From the NCBI GenBank assembly GCA_043228905.1, contig JBHGNT010000020.1, positions 13,206,001 through 13,270,000 of the forward strand: a DNA stretch of 64,000 nt. The letters run 5' to 3'. The notes below the pieces were generated by a model. It had not been told where the DNA came from. It did no database searches and saw nothing but the letters and a program-made list of their open reading frames with translations. The number at the start of each line of letters is the position of its first letter. Position 1 is the stretch's first letter. The stretch is from Azolla caroliniana. Lineage: Eukaryota; Plantae; Polypodiophyta. A program made the position numbers and the translations under genes. Positions 28,901 through 41,300 of the stretch are shown piece after piece.

Positions 28901-29919
28901 AGGTCTAGCATTTGTGCATTTATGAAAAATGTTCCAAAATGAAGTGTGATTAGATACATTTCGGTGATGAATAACATAACAACAGAGTCTTTTATATGGC
29001 TAATTTGTATCTTCATCAAGAATGATAGAGAATGCAAAGCACACTTTGATGAGGAATAACAACAATTTTCCGACATTTGATAGGTCTAGTTTTTTTTTTT
29101 ATAAAATAGCACATTCTGATAAAAATACAAACAAATTTTCAGATTTTCGATAAGCCTAGTATTTTTGTAAAAGTGACAACTTGTTGTGAGGATGACAAAG
29201 TCCGATGAATATTAACAGCAATGTTCTGCACCTTTCTGACGCTTGATTGGTCTAATCTTTATTAAAAGCACGCGTTATGATGGAAAATACCAACAATTTT
29301 GTAATATTTGATGAGTCTAGGATAAGCGACACTGTATGAGATGTTCCAAGTTTCTCCTCTGCCAACGAGGAATCCCATCAGAATCGTAGTACTGCATATA
29401 ATACACATTCTGATGAAGAACAAATACAGTTTTCTGACATTTGAAAGGCCTGATATTCGTGAGAAGGACAAATTCTAACAAAGAATAACAATTTCACAAC
29501 AATTTTATAGGGAAGACACGTTCTGACGAAGAATAACAACAATTCTCTGACGTTTGATAGGCCTAGCATTCATGGAATGGAGACATTCTGATCTAACAAC
29601 AATTTGCGTGATACTTGATAGGTCTAGCATTCATGCAAAAGACACATTCTGGTGAAGAATGGCAACATTTGTCCCTGACATTTGATAGGTCATAGTATTT
29701 ATGCAGAAAAAAACACATTCTGAAAAATAAAATAGCAGCAATTCGATGAAGTTCGACAGGTCTAGCAGCGTTCGTAACAAACAACTACGCATTCTGATGA
29801 AGAGCATAACAAAAGTCTCTCGCTCGCTCAAATTTTCCGAGGTACCAAATGAGAGGGGGAGAAGCAGATTGCACCTGTTTCCTGAACATGGGCGAGTCAT
29901 CGAGCTTGGAGAAATGCAT
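13902..29919 (-). CDS. AGD3: ACAP-type ARF GTPase-activating protein (BAR-PH-ArfGAP-ankyrin; AGD1/AGD3-VAN3/SFC class), 19 exons, 832 aa
   Basis: Exons (minus): 29919-29875, 27813-27737, 26559-26459, 25758-25688, 23552-23490, 22298-22254, 22146-22081, 21989-21942, 21864-21769, 21691-21650, 21570-21355, 18501-18370, 18214-17996, 17914-17828, 17745-17392, 15695-15541, 14956-14878, 14804-14305, 14004-13902. All introns are GT-AG and phase-consistent, total 2499 nt. Motifs: [15 protein letters not shown] (BAR start), [27 protein letters not shown] (PH), CADC-x16-CIECSGVHR (ArfGAP zinc finger with Arg finger), GSTLLHLAC and GQTPLHRC (ankyrin). Exact orthology within AGD1-4 is not resolvable here. 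Confidence 0.95.
16884..16956 (+). pseudogene. trnG: Decayed mitochondrial-type tRNA-Gly(GCC), probable NUMT inside AGD intron 15
   Basis: GGAGAAA-ATA-TCGTAATGGTAGAGT-A-TATCC-TTGCCAA-GGATG-AAGTT-GAGGG-TTCGAGT-CCATA-TTTCTGC-T. The anticodon arm is intact with GCC and the T-loop is TTCGAGT. It closely resembles plant mitochondrial trnG-GCC as recalled. Mismatches in the acceptor, D and T stems. Confidence 0.7.
19465..20785 (+). mobile_element. Degenerate, internally deleted non-LTR retrotransposon (RTE/RTEX-like LINE) in AGD intron 11
   Basis: From 19468: [27 protein letters not shown]...AKVMVFS, an RT region around a decayed YADD, with stops. At 19760-19920: [32 protein letters not shown]...EEYYV, a C-terminal Cys/His region typical of RTEX/CR1-like ORF2. 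Confidence 0.75.
20314..20785. repeat. Three tandem copies (about 175, 160 and 135 bp) of the LINE 3' terminal segment
   Basis: gga(g/c)acatctc(t/c)attctccatca...agtatctta(c/t)atgtatagatga...caagtcttattctatttct...catttatt starts near 20317, 20491 and 20653. Confidence 0.9.
23222..23500. repeat. Imperfect tandem duplication (about 140-155 bp) that includes the AGD exon-5 3' end and donor site
   Basis: ttgatgaagcagt(ct/cc)aggt(g/a)attgta...tcaatgatgcaaat...gcattcatatttaat...atatacc(c)ttgatat occurs twice, starting near 23223 and 23378. Confidence 0.8.
23960..25560 (-). mobile_element. Probable highly decayed L1-type LINE ORF2 fragment in AGD intron 4
   Basis: Minus-strand pieces such as [11 protein letters not shown]...NSHPKIV weakly resemble the C-terminal endonuclease motifs (SRID...SDH). 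Many stops. Confidence 0.3.
24328..25092. repeat. Three apparently identical tandem copies of a 255-bp unit
   Basis: agctgtacctatctaccttctc...gggaaactcttccagc starts at 24328, 24583 and 24838 (period 255). No differences seen by eye. Confidence 0.97.
27070..27252. repeat. Tandem duplication of about 100 bp in AGD intron 2
   Basis: cgagttaattacttcaaagtagtttcc...aaata(a/g)ctacatgt starts near 27071 and 27171. Confidence 0.8.
28870..29815. repeat. Degenerate minisatellite array, about 12 units of 60-75 bp, in AGD intron 1
   Basis: Consensus cacattctgatgaagaataacaacaattttctgacatttgataggtctagcatt. Anchors near 29041, 29112, 29406, 29519, 29584, 29645, 29716 and 29790. Confidence 0.85.
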
Positions 29920-30326
29920 GGTGAGAAAGAAGTAGGGCAGCAGCAGCAGAAGAAGAAGAAGTGTAGATAGTCTAAGAGAAAAAAATGGCAATGTGAAGAA
30001 ACGGTGAGAGAGAATCTGGTGATAAAGTTTAGAGGAGTGTTGTTCTGATTTTCCCCCTTTGTTTTCTTCTGCAGATTTTTTTTTTTGGGGGGGGGGGGGG
30101 GAAGTGAAGGCAGATCTGAATGAATGAAGTGAAGAAGAGCAAGGAAAAACACAGAGAAAGAGAGAGAGAGAGAGAGAGAGAGGGGAAGGAGACTTTCACA
30201 TGGCCATGTTTAGAAACAGAGGAGAAGAGAGAGAGAAGAGAGAGAGGCAGGGGAGGCAGGGGAGCTCTTTCTTGTCTTTTTTGGCGCCTAGATTTTTGAT
30301 GTTCTTTTGGGGGGTGAGGGGAATGA

Positions 30327-30327
30327 T

Positions 30328-30358
<31 letters not shown>

Positions 30359-30650
30359 AGGCCCCCATTCACATGCCTGCCTCTCTCGATCAATTCAATT
30401 CGCTAACTCATCTCAAGCTCGCGGATACGTATCTGTATCTGTATATGTATCTCTATCTCTATCTGTGTATCTTTATCTCTATCTCTATCTATCTGTATAT
30501 GTATCTGTATCTGTGTATCTATGTATTTGTATTTGTATTTGCATCTGTGTATCTATATATGTATCTGTATCTATGTGTCTGTATCTATATTTGCATCTGT
30601 GTATGTGTATATGTATCTTGTATCTATGTATTTGTATCATTGTATATGTA
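30327..30650. repeat. (GTA)n run followed by a compound (TATCTG/TATCTA)n microsatellite upstream of AGD
   Basis: gtagtagta run at 30328-30358. Hexamer mosaic at 30429-30650. Confidence 0.9.
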
Positions 30651-30786
30651 TGTAGATCGTTTTACATCTCATCCATTCGGGTCCTCTGGTTGGGTCTCGA
30701 TAGATGCCTGCATACACTGAATTGCGTGTTGTAGACCTCATACATCTCAGAACGGGTTTTAACATATGGGTGGATCGATGTAACAC

Positions 30787-30925
30787 TGGTTGTATGTATA
30801 ATCAGGCATATGGTTGTGTGTATAATCAAGCATATGGTTGTGTGTATAATCAGGCATATGGTTGTATGTATAATCTGGCATATGGTTGTATGTATAATCT
30901 GGCATATGGTTGTTTGTATAATCTA
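30787..30925. repeat. 24-bp minisatellite, about 5.7 copies
   Basis: tggttgtatgtataatcaggcata at 30787, 30811, 30835, 30859, 30883 and 30907. Confidence 0.93.
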
Positions 30926-33674
30926 GCTTTGCGCACAAGTTCCACTAGATGGATGGATGTAACACTAGTTGCATGTATATATTGGGAGATTGTTGTATGT
31001 ATATCTAGCTCTGCGCAAGATTTCTACTAGATGCATTCACATGTATATATTGTTGGTTGTGTATTTACTGGCCTTTTTCAGTGGACATTCTGAACAATGC
31101 ATCTCTATCTGGACTGCATTCCTTACATTGGATCTTGATGGATGGATCACATTGTCTCGTCCATTTTGGTCATTTTGGTTGGGTCTTAATGCTTGCATCC
31201 GTTGCATTGATTTGTTCATCTTAGGATGGGTTCTAACATATAGATGGATGGATGTAACATTGGTTGTTTGTATATTTGGCTCTCAGCACAATTTCTAGTA
31301 GATGCATTCGCATATATATCATGGATTGTGCATTTACTATTACTAGCCTTTTTCGGTGGGCATTCGAACAATGCATGCATGTTTCGTTGCTTCTACATCG
31401 GATCTATCTTTGAGCTAAAATTTAGATGGATGGATCTATTGTGGTTTCTATGTATTTCGGTCCTTTGTTGGGTTCTAATGGACGTGTTTCACAAATCATG
31501 TGTATATCTAGTTTTTGCTTGGGTTTTGTTGGATGGGCATATCACTTAGTTGCATCTATATTTGGTATTGAAATTGGTTTTGATGGATGGATGTATCATA
31601 GTCATATATGTAATTGGTCTTCGATTGGGTTATGATGGATGGGTGTACCATATATTGTATTTATATGCGGTCATTGGTTAAGTTTTGACAAATGGATGTA
31701 TCACGAGTTGTATTTATATTTGGTCTTGAGGTGTATGCCTCATCTTAGGTAGGATTTGATGGATTTGTAACCACCAACTCGTGTTCACCTCGAACAAACA
31801 TTCACAACTTACACATTTGAGCTAGATAGATATTAACATTCAATGTTAACATCTTACACCTATATTTCAATACCAATCATTCACATGGACGATTGAGATG
31901 AAGCATTGTGTATAAAAAAGACATTGTTTTGGATCTCCTAATTTTGCCTCTCAAGGCTTGCTACAAATTATTTTGAGTTTAGTCTTAAGGTAGATTGACG
32001 GATGAGGTGCAAATGTCCATGCTTCCCCATCGAGAATGAGCATCTTGCAATATTAATATTTTGAGACAAAAAAGTGTTTTGTTTTTTCCACCCAAGTTTC
32101 TTTCTTTGCATCATAATTGTGTCACGAATATCTATAGCCTTATTTTCTCTCAAGTTTGGTTACAAACTTACATGGATAGGGAATGAGAATGTATGCTTGT
32201 GTCTCAAACGTGCTTCTTTGAGTTTCAAAACAAATGTTGATATGGTTTTTGGGCCTTTTATCATCAAAATATTGTAATCATGTTTGTGGTTGTATCTTGG
32301 ATGCCTAGTGTGTGCATTACACCTCACTCTAATCGATAGACTTACCCTTAAACTATGTGATTACCCACTTGTATTGGCCCTTTGCCCATAGGACATTTGA
32401 AGGTGTGGGCCAGGGCACATCACATGCATTGAACTCCTTTGTCTTTAAAGTTGGTTCGTTTTCCAATGCCTTGTGTGTCACAATTATGACATTGATGTGA
32501 CGGTTGATTGGCATATTCTTAGTTGGGCCAATATGGATGGACGATATACATACATGTGGAGTTTTGACTCTTCCCTCTTGAATATGAACCTTGCAATCCT
32601 AGTAATTACTTGATACTCAAGAGGACTAATTTTATTTCCTAAGATTTCCCACATCATGTAACCTACTCTCGGAGTGGGTATTAGGGTTGGTTGATTTTGA
32701 GTCATGACTTTATTGGGTATGGTTTAGATAAATGAGATGCGTTTGGATGATTCCATATTAAAACCACGTGTTGTGATCCTAGTATTAACCAACGTGCTCC
32801 CCAATCATTGGAGAACGTTGCCGATATTAGAAAATGAATAAGAATGCGTACATGTTCAAGGCACTTGTCAAGATACGGGCAATAACCCAATAGTGCTGAG
32901 ATTCAAGAAAATTTATTAACCCTTGTATCGAAGGAGGGGGGTCTTATCGCACTTTGGTAAAGGAGTGGATCATAAATTCTTAGCTCTTTATTTCCTTATT
33001 GACCCATTGAACATTAGACATTCAAACATTTCAAATTGATATATTGGAGTTTGTGTAACCATCTCTTTACCATGGATCCTTTAGTAACATTAATATTTTA
33101 ATTTGATTTTAGGACTCTTGACATGAAAATTTTCAAATTCTACTACTGACAATATTTTTAAGCAAGATTTCAACTCTCAAATCCCCCAACATCGATGGGA
33201 AATACTGAAAATGGATTTTTTTGTTGAAGCCATTTTGAAAGCAGTTATTCAATATTAACACTGCAATCTTTTTTGTACTCATGGTAGACCAAACTCACCA
33301 CCATTTATCAAGAACTTCAAATTACCCTCGAGGTTCCCTTTTTATTTCTTCAGATGTCCTTGGTCAACCCCTCATGGAGCATTTACATGTGCTATTTGGT
33401 GAATTATATGGTCAACAACAAAAACTTAGGGTATTTGGGGAAGTACAGAGGAGTGAACAGTATCACATAGCTAATTGTGTACAATTTACCAGTAAAGCAT
33501 TACATTATGATAGTAATCTTTCATTTGTGAAGGAGAAGACAAAATTTTGTTTTACAGACACAATTAATGCCAGGAAATTGTAGATCATACATACACAGAT
33601 CGCATATGGTTCTTTCATAAACACTCGTGGCTTTGATAACATTATGTTGTGCAATTTGAAACAACATTGATAAA

Positions 33675-33961
33675 ATTGCAAACATTTTCAAGAAGCATAT
33701 CACCGATGAAGGAATGACATTAGTAAAGCAAGCAGAATATACAACAAGCAATAAAAAGGCTGAGAAGAAGGTTGTAACTGGATTAGACCAGGCATTTGTA
33801 TGGAATGTGTTTGAATTACATGATAAATATCTGCAATATGTGAGTAATGCTTTGTACATCATTCCCTCTTTCACAAGGCTCTAAAGGAAGCTTTTGAAGT
33901 CTTTTGTAACAAAGGTGTTGCTGGAAGCAGCAGCGCTGAGCTATTGGTTGTATTTTGTAAT
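33675..33961 (+). pseudogene. CUL1: Intronless, frameshifted Cullin-1 fragment (probable processed/retro-copy or captured cDNA)
   Basis: [58 protein letters not shown], then a 1-nt frameshift near 33848, then [37 protein letters not shown]. This matches the plant CUL1 segment ELHDKY...[26 protein letters not shown]. There is no start codon and no continuation. Confidence 0.88.
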
Positions 33962-36900
33962 AGACATGCTTTTTAAAACTAATGGAAGGATATCTTGTTT
34001 AGAGAAAAAAACATTGATAAAATTGAGAAAAATACTCATTTTGTATACTTTGTACAACTATGGTTGAATTTGTGGGGGGGGGGGGGGGGGGGGGGAGGGT
34101 TGAAGCTTGGTTATGCATTGAATAATTAGAGATTGCATTTTGAATTCAATACATGAGATCAGAGAATGTAAGCTAAAAAAAGAGATGTAGTTTCTGAAAT
34201 AAAGAATGAAACAATAAACTATATTCTAAAGTACAATGCTAACAAAGTAATGACAAATAAAATTAAAACAAATAACTACAAACAATAAATAAAATTAATA
34301 CAAATACTTACAAACCATGATAGTGGAGTGATAACACGCACACTTTACAACTAAGGTTGTGGGTCGAAGTCCCAAAGCAATGATGGGTTTCATGTTGTAT
34401 TTGTTTATAAAAACTTTGCACAACACAAAGAATGGAAACAACATCATTGCCCTTAAAAGACAATGCTAACAAAGTGGAGATTGGTTGGAGCAATATGTCC
34501 TTCAATGATTAGTATTTTCATCATAAGGTTATCTTTTGATGTGCATGCGCAAATCATTCATAAGATATTTGCTTCTACTTTAGAATATAAAATATCCATC
34601 AAAATGAGGAGAAAGAGTTTACATGTTTCTCCATGGTAAAAATGTTACATACCAACCATGATGTGTGATCTAGATCGAAATTTGCTATATCTAAAAGAGA
34701 AGTAGAAGAGAATAACAAGTTTGAGATTACCCTCTTACAAAAGAGCCACAAGTCACAACTCATGACATACAATACCAAAATATATTGATAAGTGGTGCGA
34801 ATATGAGGAAGACATTTGAACTCACTAACATTAAAGGCAACGAAGAATACCAATAAAGTTAAATTTTGTCACATTCTTAAGGGGATGGAGGTACAAGTTT
34901 ATACTTCAAGAAATTTACTTGAAGATTCCAATGTCGCAACTAAAATAAATGTACAAGGAAAAGAACATCCAAAATGCTTGAATATCTCCCTTCAACTCAG
35001 ATGGTGGACTACCCAAATATATGTTGGTATATGTAATACAAATGTGGTATTAATATTTCCTATCCATTGCACACGTATTTCCCATGTCCATTCGAAATTT
35101 ACACGTGGCATATGTGTTGACTATGTTACCTCGCACAAATGAACAAAGTGAAGGTGGAAATGGGTGAAAACTGGAAGCATACAGTTGATTCGATGCCTAC
35201 AACCCAAACTACTCGCCAATTACAACTTTGAAATAGTCTACTTGATTTATCATAAGAGGTGCCTAAAACTCACAAGGTGATTATCTTTGTTGATTACAGA
35301 GGTTTTATGAGATTATTTGAGTCGTCTCACATATTCTATAAATGTCAAATAACCTCCAATAAAAGAGTATTGGATACCATTCTTAGTAGGGGTTTGACTC
35401 CTTGAGACAAAGAGAGGTATGGAATGTCAACTCCCAATACAATTGACTTCTATCGGAGGTGCCAAAAATTTGAAAAGTTTACTATGATCCTCAAACAAAA
35501 GCTACGAGGACAAAGCATGAGGTTGGTACATTGAGTTATAGAGGGTTGGAAATATTCTAATGGTGGTACATGCTTCACATAACGTTGGAGACTACTCTTT
35601 ATCGATGGGCTCTTGGTTAGGGCATAGAGTACAATTGCTCTCTAGAATTCCATAGGCCCCATTAAACATTTGTGAGATCATGAATAATTTTTGTGGATAC
35701 ATGAATGCTCGAGGCAGAGATATAAAAGATATTTTTTGGAAAAAAAAAGATATAAAAAATATACATACATATGTACATTGTATATACATCACACCCCTCT
35801 CTTTTCTCCTCTCCTTGGGACAATGGACAAAAACCTTGAATGAAGTACATAAGTATAAACACAAAGTAATGTGACCATGCTATGACACTTAACTTTTGAT
35901 GCTTTGAATCCATGACACGTATCTTTGAAGCAAGGTGATTAATTTGAAAGTTTTTATTTCCATAAAATCAAGGACAATGCATACATAATCTTTCCTTTCT
36001 TGAAGAATATATGATGTCATTTCTTTCTCTATTGCCTCATGCTATTTATTGTTTTGGTGAGACCTCAATCGTTCCAAACATATCTTAAATAGAAAAAGGA
36101 CACAAACTTGGTTAAAATTTTGTCAATATAATGCCACATCAATGTCACTTCTATAAATATATAACAAGGATACTTACAAGATAGTCAATATTTTAGAATT
36201 ACTATGATATACATCCTTCAATATTTACTTATGAATTGTGTTTCAATGTGTATCATGCAATCAAGCCTCAAATTTAGCATGTTAAAGATCCTCATCAATA
36301 TCCATTTCTATTCACAACCAACATGCATCATCTAACGAAGAATGAACAACACACGCATTCCCATTATTTGATTCGACATACATATTTCAATTATAAATCT
36401 ATATGATTGAATAGTCCTTAAAAGGATGTACATACTATTATTTCTGGTGTGAATTAATTATAACTCTATTCTAAGAGCAACTTTATGTCCAATTACCTAA
36501 ATAATATTTGCATGATAATGTCATTGTGTATATTTTCTTACAATCCCGAGCATATAACATAGTTAAAAAACACAACACCAAATATTACAATCCTTTGGCT
36601 GTGGGCCATGTCACAAGAAGATTAGGGACATTTCTTTAAGATCCAAACAATAGGAAATAACTACTCAACAAAAGGATCACTTTTGTAATTCACACTCTTA
36701 TGCACACCCCATCATGTTTTGTAGGTATTCATAAATGTAGGGCCATCTCAATTTTTATCGGGCAAACATAGGGCCACTGTGACTTTTGGTTTTCATTCAT
36801 TACATCTCATATTACCAAGTTCATTTATTTCCTCCTGGAATAATCATTTTACTTTTTCGGTAAACCCACCGAATAGAAGTTTCAAGTGACTTGTTCCATG

Positions 36901-38341
36901 TACCTTATTTTCCTTGATCTTCATCAATATACAATACATTATGATATTTTTCTTGGATATATCACCCAAACAAAACGAATGACAATGCTGGTTTATTAAT
37001 ATTGTACTATCTGCAAACATATCAAGTTTTGACAAATATTTTACAATCATCGAGTTATTCTTTTAGTGGTTTGAGCCTACAGCAACACACCAATCCAAGG
37101 GGGGTAGACTCCAAAAAACCCTCACTAGATTGCTTTTATGAACTCAACCAAGTTCCACAAACAAATTTGGAAGGGACCTCTTTCCTCAAAGTCATAAAAA
37201 GGCATTTAGGTAAAAATTGAAGACTAGATATGATTGATTGCAAGCAGTATATATTTCTCCTTATTGAATTGTTCACAGATAAATATGACATCTAACTAAC
37301 CATATCTCAAAACATGATGACCATTCTACTAGGTAATGTAGGATGATTGTAATAAGCATGATTTCAGTGATGTAAGATTCATAAATGTCTCAATGGCATT
37401 GTCACACACCAACACCAGTATCGTAATTAAACCCATCATGTATCTATTGAGATTGGCATATTTTTGGTTAATTGAATCCACATGTGAAGGGGATAATGAG
37501 AGCACCAAGTGTTGATGAGGCTTTCATGAGTGGCCATATTCTTGAGACCTCCCATTTGGTAACCCAGATTTTTCTTCCCAACTATCAAAGCATATTTATT
37601 TCATGTATAAAATATTGTACTATAGTGTAGACCCAACATGAAAACCAAGTTCTTTACACAGAATGAAATGCACAGGGTTTATGGTCTATCGAGACCTGCA
37701 AACAATATGAATTACTTTTATGATAACCTCCCTTTGCTTCATTCATTCTAGCGTGGTGAAACTAATGCCACTCATAGAGTAAAGGAGGAAACTCAAATGT
37801 TAAGTATCAAGGGTTTTTGCTAAATCAACATATGACATCATGTAGTTGTTCATATGTTTGAAAGTTAACAAAAGCAAAGAAAGAAAAAACAAGTGTACAG
37901 ATAGACTTGATCCTAGTAGATGAGAAACTTGAAAGATCATTTCAAATCCCATATGATGCATTAAACATCATAAACTTCTGTCTATCCACTTTTATCCTTG
38001 AGGTGTTCTTGAACATTACTTTATGATTGTGTGTGAGAATTATGGCATTTTCTTATGAACTTCCTCAATATACCTTCAGAGTCAATAACCTCAACATATG
38101 TAATAAATTATAACAAAAAGAAAATGAAATTATCTTTTTGAGCTCTAAATGCATGATGATGATGCGGATTGTGGTATTTTCCTATGAATTCACTCTATAC
38201 ACATGTCACCATCAAGAACACTAATCCATTTTGTGACATAAAAAAACACTAATCCCATCTGTATCTATTTTGTACATTGAAAAAGCAATGTAGATTGTGC
38301 ATATGCTCATTGTAACACATTTCCTCTGTAAAGAATTGCAT

Positions 38342-41300
38342 TTACTCTTGTATGTATAAATCAAGTCGGTGAAGAAGATATTTTACCTGAACCATTTTTG
38401 TAAGTGGCATGATCCAATCTCTATACAACTGAGAGACCAGAGATGGATCTATCTTGAACTTAGAACCATTGGAATCTATTTCTTGCCCATATGTTCTTGC
38501 TTTTTCCTCAACTCGTTTTTGAACTTTCATCTCCACTTGTTCAAAGGTTATTATTTGCATCAGAGCTTCTTCATCCTACAAGCAAGTAACCAATTGAAGA
38601 ATTTTATTTCTAGAATGTCCTAGAGGCAAACTTGTGGCAAAAACGTCCATCAATGAAGAGAAAAAACATCGTAGTATAGACGTATGCACCTGAAGTCGTA
38701 TGGCGTCTTCAAATAGATCTGGAGATTCTCTAAATTTAGCCTCTGCGACAAACTTACCGTAATGGATCCTCTTTGAAATGGCCTGCAAGAGAAACCAAGA
38801 AGATATATCAACATTCCACATTGCAGAAATTTGAACCTTGAAAGTAGCACTCAAAAAGAAAGAACCAAGGAAGAAAGACAAATCATCATTCAGCATTGCA
38901 CAGATTTGAACTTCCAATAGTGCCCAAAACAACACAATGCCGAATTTGAACTCCGAAAATAGCACCCGAAAAGAAAGAACCAATGAAAGAAAGATATAGC
39001 ATCATTCAGCATTGAACAGATTTGAACTTCCAATAGCATCGAAAATGGCAGATTGCAGAAATTTGAACCTCCAAAATAGCACCCAAACGATATAACATCA
39101 TCATTTGCCATTGCACAGATTTGAAATTCCAATAACACCCAACAAGAAACAAAGACGTATGACACTAATAAGAGGTTACAACTGCAAACACTAAAACAAT
39201 TTCCACTCTACCCTCCAAAATAGCACCCAAACAATATAATATCATCATTTGCCATTGCACAGATTTGAACTTCCGATAACACCCAAAAAGAAACAAACAA
39301 AGACATATGACACTAATGAGAGGTTACAACTGCAAACACTAAAACAATTTCCACTCTAACCTCCAAAATAGCACCCAAACGATATAATATCATCATTTGC
39401 CATTGCACAGATTTGAACTTCCGATAACACCCAAAAAGAAACAAACAAAGACGTATCACACTAATAAGAGGTTACAACTGCAAACACTAAAACAATTTCC
39501 ACTCTAAGCATACGATTAATTTTACCTGCAAACACAAGATATCACAAACTGCTGTAGAACCATAATTTCCATCATCTCCTTCAGAAGTAAGTTGTGGAAG
39601 AAGGTTGTCAAAATAGTGATTGCATATAAGTGAATTAATATTTATTGTTGTTGCACATGGATGCAAAATCTGTTATGACAGAAGTAAACTTCAATGATTA
39701 AATAACAGAAACAAATAATATACACGTGTATGCCATGTGCAATATAGTGAATCCAATCTTTTTGTGCTTTGGAGGATGTAAATACAATTGATGGAAAGCA
39801 ATAATACCTGGGGAAATTTAATGGGCGGTAGTAGAGGATCTCGTAAATCTGTTGGAAAAAATGGATGCTCATCTGGACTGCAGTATCTCCGAACCTGTAC
39901 AGAATATGGCTGTTCAAAATCCTTACAACTTTCTGATTAGTATTTTGAGAGACTCTGAAATACTAATTTTTTTCTTTATTTCCCCAAATGACCATATTCC
40001 CCAGATCAGTTCCATTCCCTTTCAAAGAGAGAAAAAGGGAATGAATCACCCATAGAATCGCTAAGATAGCACATTTAATTGATAAAAGGTGGTAATTCGA
40101 CCATATAATTGCTCTTCCAGGACTTAACCAAGGACATATAGGGTAGTAAAGAAAAACACAGAGGCATTTCCTAGTCTTTCCTTTAAAATTTTTATTTTAA
40201 TGAAGCAGCAAGCAAATGGAGAGATCTCCAAAGGCAAGAAAATGACCCCCAAAGCCTTTTCAAAATTCTATACATAACTCAGATGTTCTTTTCAGATTTG
40301 CATAGAGTCTCATAGACCTTCAGATTTTGTGATGGCTATTATCAGATGTGAGATGAAACAGCAATGATGAATGCACAAAAATTGTAAAAAAGGTGCAGCT
40401 TTCTATTATATATGTACAACACTTTTGAAATGCTCATCACAAAGTAAACCAAAACAATTTTAAATTACAATAAAAAAAATGAAAAAGGGAAGAAAAAAGG
40501 ATTTTATATTTATATACAAGAAGAACAAGAACAGAAGTACACAGTTTAGCTGAAGACTGACGTTGAACTGGAATGATTTGAGAACCTTGGCGCTATAATC
40601 TTCCTAGTCTTATGCATGTCTAACATTAGACTGGCATTCATAACTATCAAATATTACAAATGAGATGTTGCAGTGTACATAGAGGAGGTCATGGGTTCAA
40701 ATTTCCCCACAACACATGACTTTTTGGAAAACAAGTTTCAGGAGTTGCAATACAATGCATGAACTGGAACCAGGCTTACCCGAATACTTATGATAAAAAT
40801 CTGCTATCAGAGTTGGCTTGGGATATAGCTTGTTATGCATGGCATTGGACTCCAAAATAGCAAGCTTCAACCATGTACTTTGGTCCATCAGCAAGCTGAA
40901 CAAGACATGGGGGAGGAACGATGCAACGTGGAATGGAATTGGAAGCATATGGTTCCAAATGCAATACATGGAATATTGGGTGAATATGAATATGTGAAGG
41001 AGATCTAGAAGAAACACTACGTCATTGATCTAGCTGGAGATCACTAATGAACCAAGACATTGATAGTCTAACTTGTTACATGATCTGATGGTGTTCACAT
41101 TATCGAAAAAACATGTGAATCCTGATACTTTGCCAGTAATTGACCTCACACTTTTGTGGATAAGAAGATGAGTACCTACCATTGCAAAAATTAACATTTT
41201 TATTGCATGATCTCCAAAGATGAAATGGTGATCTGATGGGATGCTAGATCCTACATTATTGAAATGAAGGACTTAGCAGCAAAGTTTTTTTAAGTTTTTT

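Noticed and set aside
28870-29815. Repeat-spacer appearance suggesting a CRISPR-like array
   Set aside because: The units are diverged along their whole length and the linkers are short and irregular rather than unique fixed-length spacers. No cas genes, and the context is a eukaryotic intron.
29920-29991. In-frame hydrophobic N-terminal extension of the ARF-GAP resembling a signal peptide
   Set aside because: It starts at TTG and the poly-Leu comes from CTT/CTG repeats in the 5' UTR. The conserved family start is [12 protein letters not shown].
30307-31635. ORFs upstream of AGD including (YGCMYNQA)n
   Set aside because: Derived from hexamer and 24-bp repeats, with no splice structure or domain.
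34074-34095. Long poly-G run (another at 30087-30101) as a G-quadruplex element
   Set aside because: Simple homopolymers whose length is unreliable in assemblies, with no supporting context.
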